Shown: positions 14,482-15,646 of the stretch, piece by piece
Layout of the letters: each line of letters begins with the position of its first letter
Position numbering within the stretch: position 1 is the stretch's first letter
DNA from: an uncultured bacterium
GTDB taxonomy: Bacteria; Hydrogenedentota; Hydrogenedentia; Hydrogenedentales; JAEUWI01
Assembly: GCA_963977445.1 (NCBI GenBank)
Contig: CAXBPH010000160.1
Coordinates: 1-15,646, forward strand
Length of the DNA: 15,646 nucleotides
Direction of reading: 5' to 3'
Made by a program: the position numbers and the translations under genes
Notes under the pieces: generated by a model
Told to the model about the DNA's origin: nothing
Seen by the model: only the letters and a program-made list of their open reading frames with translations
Databases searched by the model: none

Positions 14482-15645
14482 GTGTCGAATGCTGCCATTG
14501 ACGCCTATTTAAAAAATACGCCCGCCGACGCCATTGATGCCGGCTTCCTCGGCTATATCGCCAACCTTAGCGAAGTCGCCAAAGTCGCCCCGGGTATGGC
14601 CAGCGCCGTCGTCCAGGAACTGGCCGATCAGCGCAGTTATCTGAAGCTCATCGCCAGCGAGAACTATTGCTCCCTCAGCACCCAGCTCGCCATGGGCAAC
14701 CTCCTGACCGACAAATACGCCGAAGGCTTCGCCGGACAGCGCTTCTATGAAGGCTGCGACAATGTGGACGCGGTAGAATCTTATGCCTGCGAAGAAGCCT
14801 GCAAACTCTTTGGCGCGGAACACGCCTATGTGCAGCCCCACTCCGGTGCCGATGCGAATATGATTGCCTTCTGGGCCATTCTCACCGCCCGCATCGAAGT
14901 GCCTGCCCTGGAAGCAGCAACGTCCAAAGACCCCTCCAAACTCTCTCAGGAAGAATGGAACACCATCCGGGAAGCCCTGGGCAACCAGCGCCTCATGGGC
15001 ATGGACTACTACTCGGGCGGCCACCTCACCCACGGCTACCGACGCAACCTTTCGGCCAAGATGTTTGATGCCTACAGCTACGCCGTGGATGACGCAACAG
15101 GGCTCTTGGACTACGACGCCATCGAGGCCAAAGCAAAAGAAATTAAGCCCCTTATCCTGCTCGCGGGCTACAGCGCCTACCCCCGTCTCATCGACTTTGC
15201 CCGCATGCGCACCATTGCCGACACCGTCGGGGCCGTCCTGATGGTGGATATGGCCCACTTCGCAGGTCTCGTGGCCGGCGGCGTCTTCGAAGGAAACTAC
15301 AACCCCATCGCCCACGCCCATATCGTTACGTCCACCACCCACAAGACCCTCCGCGGACCCCGTGGCGGTATCGTGTTGTGTAAGAAAGAATTTGCGGACT
15401 ACGTGGATAAGGGATGCCCCCTGGTCATCGGCGGCCCCCTCCCCCACGTCATGGCGGCCAAGGCCGTTGCCTTCACCGAAGCCAACAAGCCCGAATTCAA
15501 AACCTATGCATCAAAAATCGCCGCCAACGCCAAGACTCTGGCCCAGGCCCTGGTTGACGAAGGCCTCACCCTGGCCACCGGCGGCACGGACAATCACTTG
15601 ATGCTGATCGACGTGGGCAAGAGCTGCGGCCTCACCGGACGCCAG
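14482..15645 (+). CDS. glyA: Serine hydroxymethyltransferase (3'-truncated by the window edge)
   Basis: Translated by hand from GTG 14482 (SD GGAG at 14469-14472): [57 protein letters not shown]-lysine motif [14 protein letters not shown], and GGTDNHL. Absent from the ORF track because there is no stop in the window. Confidence 0.98.
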   Translation, partial: MSNAAIDAYLKNTPADAIDAGFLGYIANLSEVAKVAPGMASAVVQELADQRSYLKLIASENYCSLSTQLAMGNLLTDKYAEGFAGQRFYEGCDNVDAVESYACEEACKLFGAEHAYVQPHSGADANMIAFWAILTARIEVPALEAATSKDPSKLSQEEWNTIREALGNQRLMGMDYYSGGHLTHGYRRNLSAKMFDAYSYAVDDATGLLDYDAIEAKAKEIKPLILLAGYSAYPRLIDFARMRTIADTVGAVLMVDMAHFAGLVAGGVFEGNYNPIAHAHIVTSTTHKTLRGPRGGIVLCKKEFADYVDKGCPLVIGGPLPHVMAAKAVAFTEANKPEFKTYASKIAANAKTLAQALVDEGLTLATGGTDNHLMLIDVGKSCGLTGRQ

Positions 15646-15646
15646 G

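Noticed and set aside
14509..15447. 312-aa minus-strand ORF
   Set aside because: Antisense shadow of glyA, which has all SHMT motifs on the + strand.
1..15646. CRISPR array, IS/transposase, integrase, tRNA or rRNA
   Set aside because: No regularly spaced repeats, terminal inverted repeats, recombinase motifs or cloverleaf/rRNA signatures were seen.

Overview
GC-rich bacterial chromosomal window made mostly of housekeeping genes, with a few accessory membrane proteins. From left to right: the 3' part of aspS (+) and a bidirectional terminator; two tandem DUF3592-like membrane-protein paralogues (-), one carrying an inserted 19-aa tandem repeat; a TPR lipoprotein (-); rnhB (-); the conserved ffh-rpsP-khpA-rimM-trmD-rplS cluster (-), headed by an unknown 203-aa ORF and a structured leader; a divergent ECF sigma / zf-HC2 anti-sigma / YbjQ operon (+); a 784-aa multidomain membrane protein (-) with a Zn ribbon, SHOCT-like coiled coil, about 5 TM helices, a beta domain and a GspC/PilP-like tail; and the 5' part of glyA (+), which the ORF track misses. 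I see no mobile element, CRISPR array, rRNA or tRNA. The most notable observations are the 784-aa architecture, the repeat insertion in the DUF3592 paralogue, a paired D->N / K->Q change in the Ffh GTPase motifs, a small ORF that exactly bridges sigma and anti-sigma, and candidate structured RNA leaders. All family assignments come from motif recognition by eye, not from database searches.
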